This document shows, piece after piece, positions 25,484 through 34,450 of a stretch of DNA of 64,000 bases (position 1 is the stretch's first letter; the number at the start of each line of letters is the position of its first letter). Position numbers and translations under genes: made by a program. This DNA is from an uncultured Clostridia bacterium (GTDB taxonomy: Bacteria; Bacillota; Clostridia; Christensenellales; CAG-138), in contig CAMVNO010000001.1 in NCBI GenBank assembly GCA_947168855.1, forward strand, positions 137,077 through 201,076. The letters are read 5' to 3'. The notes beneath the pieces are model-generated. The model saw only the letters and a program-made list of their open reading frames with translations, did no database searches and was not told the origin of the DNA.

Positions 25484-25946
25484 TATCTTCGCTTTCGACA
25501 TCGACGAGGATGAGATCATAGAAGACATGCACGATGCGCTGTACGAAGGCGCGGGCATTCTGGCGGACGCGGTACGAGAAGAAATCGGAAAGATACCGGT
25601 AAACGATCAGCCATGGAAAGGCGAAAACAGCAGAACCACCAGAATCAGCACGCTCACGTCTTCGCAAAAGGAAGGGCTCCTGAACGGGCTCGGCGTCGCA
25701 AAGCACCGCGAGGAGGACGGATCCGTGAATACGCGCATCGGCTTCTCCGGCTATAACAGCCACGCGACAAAAGCGCATCCAAACGGAGAGCCGAACGCGC
25801 TTGTCGCCCGTGCGGTTGAATCCGGCACATCATTCCGCGCAAAGACGCCGATCGTCCGACCTGCAGTACGTAGAGTGAGGCAAGCAGCCATCGACGCGAT
25901 GGCAAAGAAATTCGAAGAAAAACAGAAAGGAAGAATGCAAAAATGA
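25458..25946 (+). CDS. tail-completion protein (HK97 gp10-like)
   Basis: 162 aa. Called on its position before the major tail protein. Confidence 0.55.
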   Translation: MATMKISSDIFAFDIDEDEIIEDMHDALYEGAGILADAVREEIGKIPVNDQPWKGENSRTTRISTLTSSQKEGLLNGLGVAKHREEDGSVNTRIGFSGYNSHATKAHPNGEPNALVARAVESGTSFRAKTPIVRPAVRRVRQAAIDAMAKKFEEKQKGRMQK

Positions 25947-26572
25947 GTAATCCTACGAGACCGGCAGAAGGCAGAGTCCGCACCGGTTTTTCTCATGTAT
26001 TCGTTGCTCTTTTCAGCCGTAACGGCGACACCGTGACATATTCTCAGGGCGTCCGGCTCGGCAGAGCAAAGAAAATCGAAGTGTCTGCAACCGTCGCGGA
26101 TGGCAAGTATTATGCCGACAACGGGCTTGCAGAAGGTGACGATCCGGTTTTCCTGTCCGGTACCGCAAAGGTAACTGTCGACGGCGCGTGGACGGAAGTG
26201 CGGCAGAAGGTTCTCGGTCTGAGCAGCACGCGCGAAGTCTCGATCGGAACGGGAGCATCCGCAAAGACGGTGAACGTCACGCAGTATGTTAAAAGCCAGA
26301 GTATCCCGGAAATGGGGATCGGCTTTGTCGAGGAATACCAGTCGGGCGGAAGCAAGTTCTACATTGCAAAGGTGCTGCGCCGCGTCAAGTTCAAGACGCC
26401 GGGAGATAACGCAGAAACCCGTGAGGAGTCCATCAACTGGCAGAGCGAGGAGATGGAGATGAACGTGTTCCGCGACGGTACTTCCATCGACAACTACAAA
26501 GATGAATCCGAGGAGCTTACCTCGCTTTCGGACGCGGTCGACGTCGTCAAGGCGATTCTGAGCATCGCATAA
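25943..26572 (+). CDS. major tail protein
   Basis: 209 aa. Lies immediately upstream of the chaperone/tape-measure genes. ATGA overlap with the upstream gene. Confidence 0.65.
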   Translation: MSNPTRPAEGRVRTGFSHVFVALFSRNGDTVTYSQGVRLGRAKKIEVSATVADGKYYADNGLAEGDDPVFLSGTAKVTVDGAWTEVRQKVLGLSSTREVSIGTGASAKTVNVTQYVKSQSIPEMGIGFVEEYQSGGSKFYIAKVLRRVKFKTPGDNAETREESINWQSEEMEMNVFRDGTSIDNYKDESEELTSLSDAVDVVKAILSIA

Positions 26573-26586
26573 AAAACAACAAAACG

Positions 26587-26616
26587 CCCGTGCGGATGAT
26601 TCGTCATCCGTGCGGG
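26587..26616 (+). promoter_or_regulatory. 13-bp stem / UUCG tetraloop hairpin after the major tail gene
   Basis: CCCGTGCGGATGA-TTCG-TCATCCGTGCGGG (two G-U pairs in the RNA). No U tract follows. Confidence 0.5.
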
Positions 26617-26645
26617 CGGATATTCGAGTATAGGAGGACATTGTA

Positions 26646-27056
26646 ATGATCATCAACGGTAGAGACGTCGGATTTCGTCATAATCCGTACGCACAAGCAA
26701 GATTGAGAGCCGAACGGGACAGATTCGCAAAACGGATCGGGAAAGATCTGCAAAAGGACAAACTCGATGAAGCAGAAGCGCTCGAATTTGCGGCGATCAC
26801 AGCGGAAGTACTTTCGGACGGTGAAGAGAAATTCCGGAGAGTCCGGGATCATGATTATGTTCCGAACCCGCTGACACGCGACGAATTTCTTTACACACTC
26901 GACGACGAGACGATGGCTGCGGTTATCGAGGAAACGAGGAAAGAGATGAACCTGAAGCCGGAGATTGAGGCAAAGAGCGCACCCGGCAACGGTAAGAAAA
27001 CAAAAAAATCGACATCCGGTGGTGTGAAAGCTGGTACCGCTACATCGGGCAAGTGA
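26646..27056 (+). CDS. tail assembly chaperone (gpG-like)
   Basis: 136 aa, between the major tail and tape-measure genes. Ends shortly after an A7 slippery run. Confidence 0.7.
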   Translation: MIINGRDVGFRHNPYAQARLRAERDRFAKRIGKDLQKDKLDEAEALEFAAITAEVLSDGEEKFRRVRDHDYVPNPLTRDEFLYTLDDETMAAVIEETRKEMNLKPEIEAKSAPGNGKKTKKSTSGGVKAGTATSGK

Positions 27057-27202
27057 TCCTTCGGATCCCGTATGAAGAAGTGATGGTGACACGCATCGTG
27101 GATATTTTGTCCATGTATGCGTGTCACGGCATTTATACCGGGACGATGGAGCCGGTCACACCACCGGTCACAGACTATGACGAATTTTGGCGTCTACGCT
27201 GA
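26646..27202 (+). CDS. tail assembly chaperone, -1 frameshift-extended isoform (gpGT-like)
   Basis: Slippery A AAA AAA at 27002-27008. The -1 frame continues IDIRWCESWYRYIGQVILRIPYEEVMVTRIVDILSMYACHGIYTGTMEPVTPPVTDYDEFWRLR to the TGA at 27200-27202, filling the gap before the tape-measure gene. Confidence 0.6.
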
Positions 27203-27223
27203 CGTCAAGAAAGGAAGACGGCA

Positions 27224-30200
27224 ATGGAAAGCATCGGGCCGAGAATTGAGCTCAAAGGCGAAAAAGAATACAAAAAAGCATTAAGCGGGATCAAAGCGGA
27301 AGCAGCTCTTCTCAGTTCCGAGATGAAACGAGTCGCTGCAGAAATGCAGGGATCTTCCGACGCCCAGGCGGCAGCAACAGCGAAGGCGGACGTCCTGACG
27401 CGACAGATCGAGAACCAAAAGGCAAAGCTTGAACTTCTCGGCGGGCAGCATGATCTACTTACGCAAAAGCTTGGTGCAGCACAGGCAGCTCTTGAAGCTG
27501 CATCTGCAGAGTTCGGCTCGGAATCCATCGAGGCGGCGAGAGCGCAGGCAAAGGTTGATTCACTGTCTTCGGCGATCACCAAAAACGAAACCGAGACGAA
27601 TAAAACAGCCGCGACGATCGCCACGATGACCGCGGAATATGACGGGATCACGGGCGGCGCGAAGGAAGCGGCGGACGCACAGGAACGGTACAAGTCCGGG
27701 CTAAAGCTTGTCGACGACGCATCGAAGGAAGCTGCTGACGCGCAAAAGCAGCACGCGGACGCGCTGTCGGATCTCGACAGCCGGGAGAAGCTTGTCGCAT
27801 CGGAGATCGAGCTTGCGAACAGTAAGCTGAGGTCAAATGCGTCCGAGCACAAGAAGACGAGAACCGAAGCGAGCAATCTAAAAAAAGAAATTGATCTTGA
27901 AAAGGACAAATACAAGGAGCTTTCCTCCGCGCTGAACGATCAGAAAGCAGCCGTAGATAAAGCGAAAAGCAATTATGATCAACTGTCAAAGGCGTTCGGC
28001 GAGAATTCAGAAGAGGCGCAGCGGGCAGCTGAGGAATACCGCAAGCAAAAGAACGCGCTGAACGAGACGCAGGCAGCCGTCAATAACAGCAAGGCGAAAC
28101 TCAATTCTCTCAACAACGAGCTGAAGGAAAATAAAAAGGGCAATTCGGAAGCCAAAGAAAAGGCGAAAGAATTTGCAAATGAACTTCTGAATGTTGCGGG
28201 ATCCGCAGTAAAGGCGACTGGTAAGCTCGTCGGCTACACGGCGAAAGCTGCAGGCGCATTGCTTGCAGCCGGTGCAGCCGGCGCGACAGCACTTGCAAAG
28301 CAGGCGGTCGAAGCATACGCAAGCTATGAGCAGCTTGTCGGCGGCGTCGAAACACTCTTCGGCGCGGGCGGCAAATCGCTGCAGCAATACGCGGATTCGG
28401 TCGGCATGACCGTCGATGAAGCGTCCGAAAAATTCCAATCTCTTACAACTGCGCAAGAGCTCGTACAGGCAAACGCACGGGAAGCATGGAAAACAACCGG
28501 CATGTCCGTGAACGAGTACATGGAGAATGTGACGAGCTTTTCCGCGTCTCTGATCTCGTCGGTCGGCGGGAACACCGAACAGGCGGCAGCCGTTGCGGAC
28601 ATGGCGATGCGCGATATGTCCGACAACTGGAACAAGTTCGGATCCGAGCAGCAATCGGTCATCAATGCATATCAGGGCTTCGCAAAAGGGCAGTATAACA
28701 TGCTCGACAACCTGAAGCTCGGATACGGCGGTACGAAAAGCGAGATGGAGCGTCTGCTTGCGGATGCCGAAAAGATCTCCGGTGTCAAGTATGACATCAA
28801 CAATCTTTCGGACGTCTATTCTGCGCTCCATGTGATCCAGGGCGAGCTTGGCGTCACCGGCACGACGGCGAATGAAGCGGCGTCGACCATCAGCGGATCC
28901 GTCGCAGCGATGAAGGCGTCGTACCAAAACCTTTTGGTAGGCATCGCTGACGACAACGCTGATTTCGGTCAGCTCGTAAACGATTTTGCGGATTCGGTCA
29001 TCACCGCGGTCGACAATATAGCGCCGCGGTTCAGCACAGCTCTCGCGGGCATCGGAACACTGATTGCAAAGCTTGCACCGATCATTTCAAGAGAGATTCC
29101 GAAGCTCGTGAGCACGCTTTTACCGCAGCTCGTCTCGGCGGCGAGCTCATTGGTGCAGGGCGTCCTCGCTGTCCTTCCGTCGCTGATTTCTATGGTCTGC
29201 CAAGTCATCAGCGACAACCTGCCGATGCTGATCGAAACGGTAATGTCGATCCTTGAAATACTCGGATCAAGTCTGATCGAAAACGCGGAGATCCTTTTCA
29301 CAGCGGCGGGCGACATCATAAGTCAGCTCGTCGGATTTTTTGTTGAAAACAGCGGCGCCATGCTCGACGGCGCGCTCGCGCTGATCATGACGCTGTGTGA
29401 TTCACTTCTATCTCCGGAAAATATCACGAATTTAGTCAACGCTGCAGTCGAACTCGTAACAAAATTTGTGAGTTTTCTCGGCGAGAACGCGCCGATGCTG
29501 ATCGAAACAGCGGTCACTCTGATCTTGACGTTGATCACAGCGATCACGGATCCGGCGAACCTGGGCAAGATGGTCGATGCGGCGATTTCGCTCATTTTCG
29601 GTCTTGTCGACGGCATCCTCGCAGCCCTGCCCCTAATCATCGATCAGGCCCCGGTCATCATCGAAAATTTGGTGACAGCTTTGATCGAAAATGCCCCGAA
29701 GCTTTTATCTGCGGCGGTCACCCTGGTCGAAAAATTGATCGAGGGCATCGGCACGGTCTTATCCCACCTCTGGGAGGCCGGAAAGGAGATCGTACAAACG
29801 ATCGGGCGCGGAATCGAGCAGCTCTGGCCCATCGTCAAAAATTGGGGCAAGGACGTCGTGAACAAAATCGGATCCGGGATCTCGTCTCTGTGGTCGACTG
29901 TCACGAATTGGGGCAAGGACGTTATCAACAAAATCGGATCCGGAGTCTCCTCGCTGTGGTCGACTGTCACGAATTGGGGCAAGGACGTCATCAATAAAAC
30001 CGGATCAGGTATTACATCGCTATGGTCAACGGTCAAGAATTGGGGCTCAGATCTGATAAGTAAGATCGGAGAAGGATTAAAGGGTGCAATCGGAAGCGCT
30101 GTACAATGGGGCAAGGACCTGATCCAAAACTTCTGGAGCGGAATTGAATCCAATCTGTCGTGGCTGTGGGACGGAGTGAAAGGGGTCGCGGGCGGCATCG

Positions 30201-30553
30201 CTGACTTCCTCGGATTCTCCGAGCCGAAGAAAGGCCCGCTGTCAAATTTTCACACGTTCGCACCCGATATGATGCAGCTCTTTACGCAGGGCATTAAGGA
30301 GAACGACTACCTGATCACGGATCAGATACAAAAGTCGTTTGACATTCGCGGACTGATCGACGACTCGATGCAGCTTGCGACGATCTCGCCGATGGCGGCT
30401 GCACCGTCGAACAACGTCACAAAGACGGTCAATCTTGGCGGCGTCAAATTCGAGATCACCGCAAGGAACGGCACGAGTGCACGTGCCATCGCGGAGGAAG
30501 TAAAGAGTATGCTCTATGACGAGGTCCGCAACATGGAGGAGGTTTACGCATGA
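27224..30553 (+). CDS. tail tape measure protein
   Basis: 1109 aa. Long coiled-coil N-terminus, hydrophobic A/L/I-rich central helices and repeat units. Canonical position. Confidence 0.9.
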   Translation: MESIGPRIELKGEKEYKKALSGIKAEAALLSSEMKRVAAEMQGSSDAQAAATAKADVLTRQIENQKAKLELLGGQHDLLTQKLGAAQAALEAASAEFGSESIEAARAQAKVDSLSSAITKNETETNKTAATIATMTAEYDGITGGAKEAADAQERYKSGLKLVDDASKEAADAQKQHADALSDLDSREKLVASEIELANSKLRSNASEHKKTRTEASNLKKEIDLEKDKYKELSSALNDQKAAVDKAKSNYDQLSKAFGENSEEAQRAAEEYRKQKNALNETQAAVNNSKAKLNSLNNELKENKKGNSEAKEKAKEFANELLNVAGSAVKATGKLVGYTAKAAGALLAAGAAGATALAKQAVEAYASYEQLVGGVETLFGAGGKSLQQYADSVGMTVDEASEKFQSLTTAQELVQANAREAWKTTGMSVNEYMENVTSFSASLISSVGGNTEQAAAVADMAMRDMSDNWNKFGSEQQSVINAYQGFAKGQYNMLDNLKLGYGGTKSEMERLLADAEKISGVKYDINNLSDVYSALHVIQGELGVTGTTANEAASTISGSVAAMKASYQNLLVGIADDNADFGQLVNDFADSVITAVDNIAPRFSTALAGIGTLIAKLAPIISREIPKLVSTLLPQLVSAASSLVQGVLAVLPSLISMVCQVISDNLPMLIETVMSILEILGSSLIENAEILFTAAGDIISQLVGFFVENSGAMLDGALALIMTLCDSLLSPENITNLVNAAVELVTKFVSFLGENAPMLIETAVTLILTLITAITDPANLGKMVDAAISLIFGLVDGILAALPLIIDQAPVIIENLVTALIENAPKLLSAAVTLVEKLIEGIGTVLSHLWEAGKEIVQTIGRGIEQLWPIVKNWGKDVVNKIGSGISSLWSTVTNWGKDVINKIGSGVSSLWSTVTNWGKDVINKTGSGITSLWSTVKNWGSDLISKIGEGLKGAIGSAVQWGKDLIQNFWSGIESNLSWLWDGVKGVAGGIADFLGFSEPKKGPLSNFHTFAPDMMQLFTQGIKENDYLITDQIQKSFDIRGLIDDSMQLATISPMAAAPSNNVTKTVNLGGVKFEITARNGTSARAIAEEVKSMLYDEVRNMEEVYA
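29822..30085 (+). repeat. four tandem 66-nt (22-aa) repeats inside the tape measure gene
   Basis: LW(P/S)(I/T)V(K/T)NWGKDV(V/I)NK(I/T)GSG(I/V)(S/T)S repeated four times. Unit starts at 29822, 29888, 29954 and 30020. Confidence 0.85.
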
Positions 30554-31272
30554 GCTTCTGGTATAACGGCATCAAGAGCGACGATATGCATGTGATCGTC
30601 GAGGAGTACCCGAAGCGCGTGGTAGCGAAGCGTAAAATGGAAAAGGAATCGGTCGCGGGATCCTCCCGCGACATCCTCTATACGCAAGACGCATTCGAAA
30701 ACGTCACGCAGCTGTACAAGGTTTATATCTCAGCAAAGCATCGTCTGCCGGAGATCACCGCGCGAGCGGTCGCCTGGCTCATGTCAGCGCGGGATTATGT
30801 GCGGCTTGAAGACAACTACTTTCCGGACGTCTATCGCAAAGCGTTCTTTTCCGGTCCGCTTGACATCGAAAATCACTTCAACAATTTCGGCAAGTGCAAG
30901 ATTGAGTTCGACTGCGATCCGCGCCGATTCTGGAAATCCGGAGAAAAGCGGATCGTCATGACAAACGGCGGCGCATTATATAATCCGTCGCCGTATGTAG
31001 CGAATCCGCTCCTGATCATCAGCGGCGCAGGTGCCGGATCGGTCACTGTGGGCGCGCGAGAGATCGAAATCAAGGAAACTTTCGACGGCGTGATGTATGT
31101 TGACTGCGATGACGCAAACGCCTTTTCTGACGCTGCAGAGACGCAGAGCGCAAATGAACACATCCACGTCGCGTCCGATGCGTTCCCGCAGCTGCCGTAC
31201 GGAAAGAGCATTATCACATGGACAGGCGGCGTCACAGGCGTCGCAGTCGTCCCGAATTGGTGGAATATATGA
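30550..31272 (+). CDS. distal tail protein (Dit-like)
   Basis: 240 aa. ATGA overlap with the tape-measure stop. Called on position. Confidence 0.6.
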   Translation: MSFWYNGIKSDDMHVIVEEYPKRVVAKRKMEKESVAGSSRDILYTQDAFENVTQLYKVYISAKHRLPEITARAVAWLMSARDYVRLEDNYFPDVYRKAFFSGPLDIENHFNNFGKCKIEFDCDPRRFWKSGEKRIVMTNGGALYNPSPYVANPLLIISGAGAGSVTVGAREIEIKETFDGVMYVDCDDANAFSDAAETQSANEHIHVASDAFPQLPYGKSIITWTGGVTGVAVVPNWWNI

Positions 31273-32852
31273 GACCAATACTGTATGAAAGCACCGAGAC
31301 CAATTTTGACACAAACGGTCTCGGCGTTCTGACCGATTGCGAATCCTGTTTTGTGGAAGAAGAACGGAACGGACAGTTCGTTTTGGACGCGGAATACCCG
31401 ATCACGGGTAGATGGTTCAGGCAAATTGACCTCCGCCGTATCATCCTCGCGAAGCCGAACCTCGAACAGGAGCCGCAGCCGTTTCGCATTACGCGGGTGA
31501 TCCCGTCATTCAGCGGAGGAAAGACCGTTGCGAAGATACACGCGGTGCACTGGTCGTACGATCTTTCAGGCGTTCCGGTGTTACCGTTTGCTGCCGAAAA
31601 CCTCGCGGCTTCCGTAAACGCGATCAATGACGGGAAGCTGCTTACCACGCCTTTTACCCTGACGACGAACAAATCGGTTACCGGGCGAATGGATCCGGAC
31701 GTACCGCATTCTTTCCGGTCACTCCTCGGTGGCATCAAGGGAAGTCTGCTTGACTGCTACGGAGGAGAGTATCGGTGGGGAAAATACGAGGTCGAGCTTC
31801 TGCAGGCACGCGGAGCAGACCGCGGTTTTTCGATTCGGTACGGTAAGAATATGACGTCGCTCGAACAGGAGCGGGATGGATCCGCCGTCTACACAGGCGT
31901 CTATCCATATTGGAAGAACCAGGACGGAGATTATATCGAGCTACCGGAGCGGACGATAAATGCCGCGGGCAGCTTCGACTATGAAAAGATCTACATCCTC
32001 GATCTGTCCGATCAGTTTGACGAAAAGCCGACAGAAGCGCAGCTGAGAGCACGCGCAACGCAATACATGCTCGACAACGGAATCGGTGTGCCGAGCATTC
32101 ATACGAAAGTGACGTATGCGCAGAATCCGCGCCTTTTGGACGCCGTGCATCTTTGCGACACGGTGCAGGTGTATTATGACGCGCTCGGCGTCGAAGCGAC
32201 GGCAAAGGTCATCAAAACGCGGTTCGACGTGCTGAAGGAACGATACGCCGAGATCGAGCTCGGGAATGCGAAATCTTCTCTTGCAAGCACCATCGTCGGA
32301 ATCAACACATCGATGGACCAAGAACGTGCAGAGATGATCCTATACGCGCACGACATCAAAAAAGAGCTCGAAGAAACGATCGACACGCTGCGCGTATCGA
32401 TATCCGATACGGCTGCCGGCGCGGCGACGCAGCTGCAGCTTGCGACCGATTCGATCATGGCAGTCGTGTCGAATCTCGACAAAGCCCTGACCGAGACGAT
32501 GGACGCGAACAGCGCAACGTGGGCGTTTGTCGAGCGCGTACAAAGCGCGCTTCAGAACGCCGCAGACGAATCAAATGGTAAATTTGAGACGATCGAGCGT
32601 TATATCCGATTCATAGACGGTACGATCGTCATCGGCATCCTCGGCAATCTGATCAAACTGAAATTGATGAACGACGCCGTCTTTTTCTTTTCCGGTCAGG
32701 ACGATACGACGGATCTCGCGAACGCGTTCGCGTATTTCACGAGTGAAGAATTGCACGTCAAAAAGCTGTCCGTTTCTGAATCGGCATCCATCGGGCATTG
32801 GTTTATCGGCGTCCTTGAAAATGACGATTTTGTGATCGATTACATCGCATAA
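31269..32852 (+). CDS. tail-associated (Tal-like) minor structural protein
   Basis: MRPILYESTETNFDTNGLGVLTDCESCFVEEERNGQFVLDAEYP is the conserved N-terminus of siphovirus minor structural/Tal proteins. ATGA overlap with the upstream gene. Confidence 0.7.
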   Translation: MRPILYESTETNFDTNGLGVLTDCESCFVEEERNGQFVLDAEYPITGRWFRQIDLRRIILAKPNLEQEPQPFRITRVIPSFSGGKTVAKIHAVHWSYDLSGVPVLPFAAENLAASVNAINDGKLLTTPFTLTTNKSVTGRMDPDVPHSFRSLLGGIKGSLLDCYGGEYRWGKYEVELLQARGADRGFSIRYGKNMTSLEQERDGSAVYTGVYPYWKNQDGDYIELPERTINAAGSFDYEKIYILDLSDQFDEKPTEAQLRARATQYMLDNGIGVPSIHTKVTYAQNPRLLDAVHLCDTVQVYYDALGVEATAKVIKTRFDVLKERYAEIELGNAKSSLASTIVGINTSMDQERAEMILYAHDIKKELEETIDTLRVSISDTAAGAATQLQLATDSIMAVVSNLDKALTETMDANSATWAFVERVQSALQNAADESNGKFETIERYIRFIDGTIVIGILGNLIKLKLMNDAVFFFSGQDDTTDLANAFAYFTSEELHVKKLSVSESASIGHWFIGVLENDDFVIDYIA

Positions 32853-32861
32853 GGAGAAAAT

Positions 32862-34439
32862 ATGCCGGCTATCTTAACGAAAAATGCAGTCTTCAATGTA
32901 ATATACAACGCGAACGGCGGCAGCGGTGCTCCGCCGAATCAAACAGCGGCATGGGATATCTCCGATACAGAAGAAAAATCTGTTTTACTGAGTTCTAAAA
33001 GCCCTAAAAGGACCTATTACACGTTTTCCGGATGGGCATATACTGAAACCGGCGCGGTCGCAAAACAACCAGGCGACTACGTGTATCACGTTTTCAACGG
33101 TCTTGAAGACGAGACGTACGATCTCACATTATATGCGAAATGGTCGCACAATACAGCGTATGTAAACTATGACGCGAACGGAGGAAGCGGCGCACCGTCG
33201 AGACAGTCGCATTGGGAGGGTTACAACGTCACTCTGTCAAACAAGAGACCGACACGCTCCGGATATAATTTCGTCGGATGGGCGAAGAAGGCAAATGCTA
33301 CGAAGGCAGCATATTTGCCGGGAGAGACGTACGCGCTCTATACGACAGTCACATTGTATGCCGTTTGGACGCCTGCAACATCGGAAGTCTCGGCGTCCAA
33401 CGGTACGCTCGGGACGGCACTGACGATCAGCATCTCTCGATACGTCAACACCTACAAGCACGAACTCGAGTATTCTTTCGGCAACAGCACCGGAACGATC
33501 GCGACGAACGTCGATACGTCATATTCGTGGACGCCTCCGCTTTCGCTCGCCGCACAATTTCCGAGTGCAACAAGCGGTACATGCACGATCACCTGTAAAA
33601 CTTTCAACGGCTCAACGCTGATCGGAACCAAGACAACGACGCTCACGCTCAACATTCCGGACACGGTCAAATGCGGAATCTCCGAGGTCACGCTTTCCGA
33701 GACCGTTTCCGGAATCGCTGCAAAATTCGGCGGATTTGTGCAAGGTCACTCGAAGGTCAGAGTAACGGCAACGTACGACACTTCAAATGCACAAGGCGCG
33801 ACGGTATCTTCGATCTCAATCACGATCAACGGGCAAACGCTCACCGCAAACAATGCGGTCACGAATGAGATATCGAATTACGGGACGCTGTCGTTCTCGG
33901 TCACGATCACGGACAGCCGCGGGCGGACCGCGACATATACCGGCACTTACAACGTATATGCGTACGCGACGCCTACCGTCACGCATAGAGCGGCGCGGGC
34001 GGCAGCCACGCCTTCAAGCATCATCGTCGAGTATACGCACGGGATCTCGCCGTGCGGCGATCACAACGACAAGAAGATCGAGATCCATTACAAAAAAACG
34101 ACCGAGCAGTATTACACGGAGATCCCGGAGATCACACCGAACGCATACAGCGGATCAGCAACGTATACGATCACAGACACGGATCCGAACGCGACATACC
34201 TCGTCAAAACCATTGTGACAGATGCATTCAATTCGGTATCTTTCGAGAGCAAGGTCGCTGCGACCGGAAACCGAATCGTTCACATTTCGGCACGAGGGAA
34301 GACGATCTCGTTGCACAACACGAATCCGGATGACGGAAAAGATCACGAGTTCAAGATCATGGTTTTTCACGAAGGAATTATGATCGGAACGCAGACGCTT
34401 ACTGAAGCACAATTAACCGCGCTTTTGGCGCTGATATAG
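32862..34439 (+). CDS. tail fibre / receptor-binding candidate with two Listeria-Bacteroides (InlB B-type) repeats
   Basis: YNANGGSGAPPNQ...YTFSGWAY...LYAKW and YDANGGSGAPSRQ...YNFVGWAK...LYAVW. The downstream region resembles siphovirus DUF859-type baseplate proteins. Confidence 0.55.
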   Translation: MPAILTKNAVFNVIYNANGGSGAPPNQTAAWDISDTEEKSVLLSSKSPKRTYYTFSGWAYTETGAVAKQPGDYVYHVFNGLEDETYDLTLYAKWSHNTAYVNYDANGGSGAPSRQSHWEGYNVTLSNKRPTRSGYNFVGWAKKANATKAAYLPGETYALYTTVTLYAVWTPATSEVSASNGTLGTALTISISRYVNTYKHELEYSFGNSTGTIATNVDTSYSWTPPLSLAAQFPSATSGTCTITCKTFNGSTLIGTKTTTLTLNIPDTVKCGISEVTLSETVSGIAAKFGGFVQGHSKVRVTATYDTSNAQGATVSSISITINGQTLTANNAVTNEISNYGTLSFSVTITDSRGRTATYTGTYNVYAYATPTVTHRAARAAATPSSIIVEYTHGISPCGDHNDKKIEIHYKKTTEQYYTEIPEITPNAYSGSATYTITDTDPNATYLVKTIVTDAFNSVSFESKVAATGNRIVHISARGKTISLHNTNPDDGKDHEFKIMVFHEGIMIGTQTLTEAQLTALLALI

Positions 34440-34450
34440 GAGAGTGACAC

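Noticed and set aside
22021-28927. Large antisense ORFs across the structural module: 22021..23319(-), 23416..24489(-), 25751..26656(-), 27205..27915(-) and 28007..28927(-).
   Set aside because: Each lies opposite a strongly supported structural gene and has a skewed R/S/C/A composition. These are shadow ORFs.
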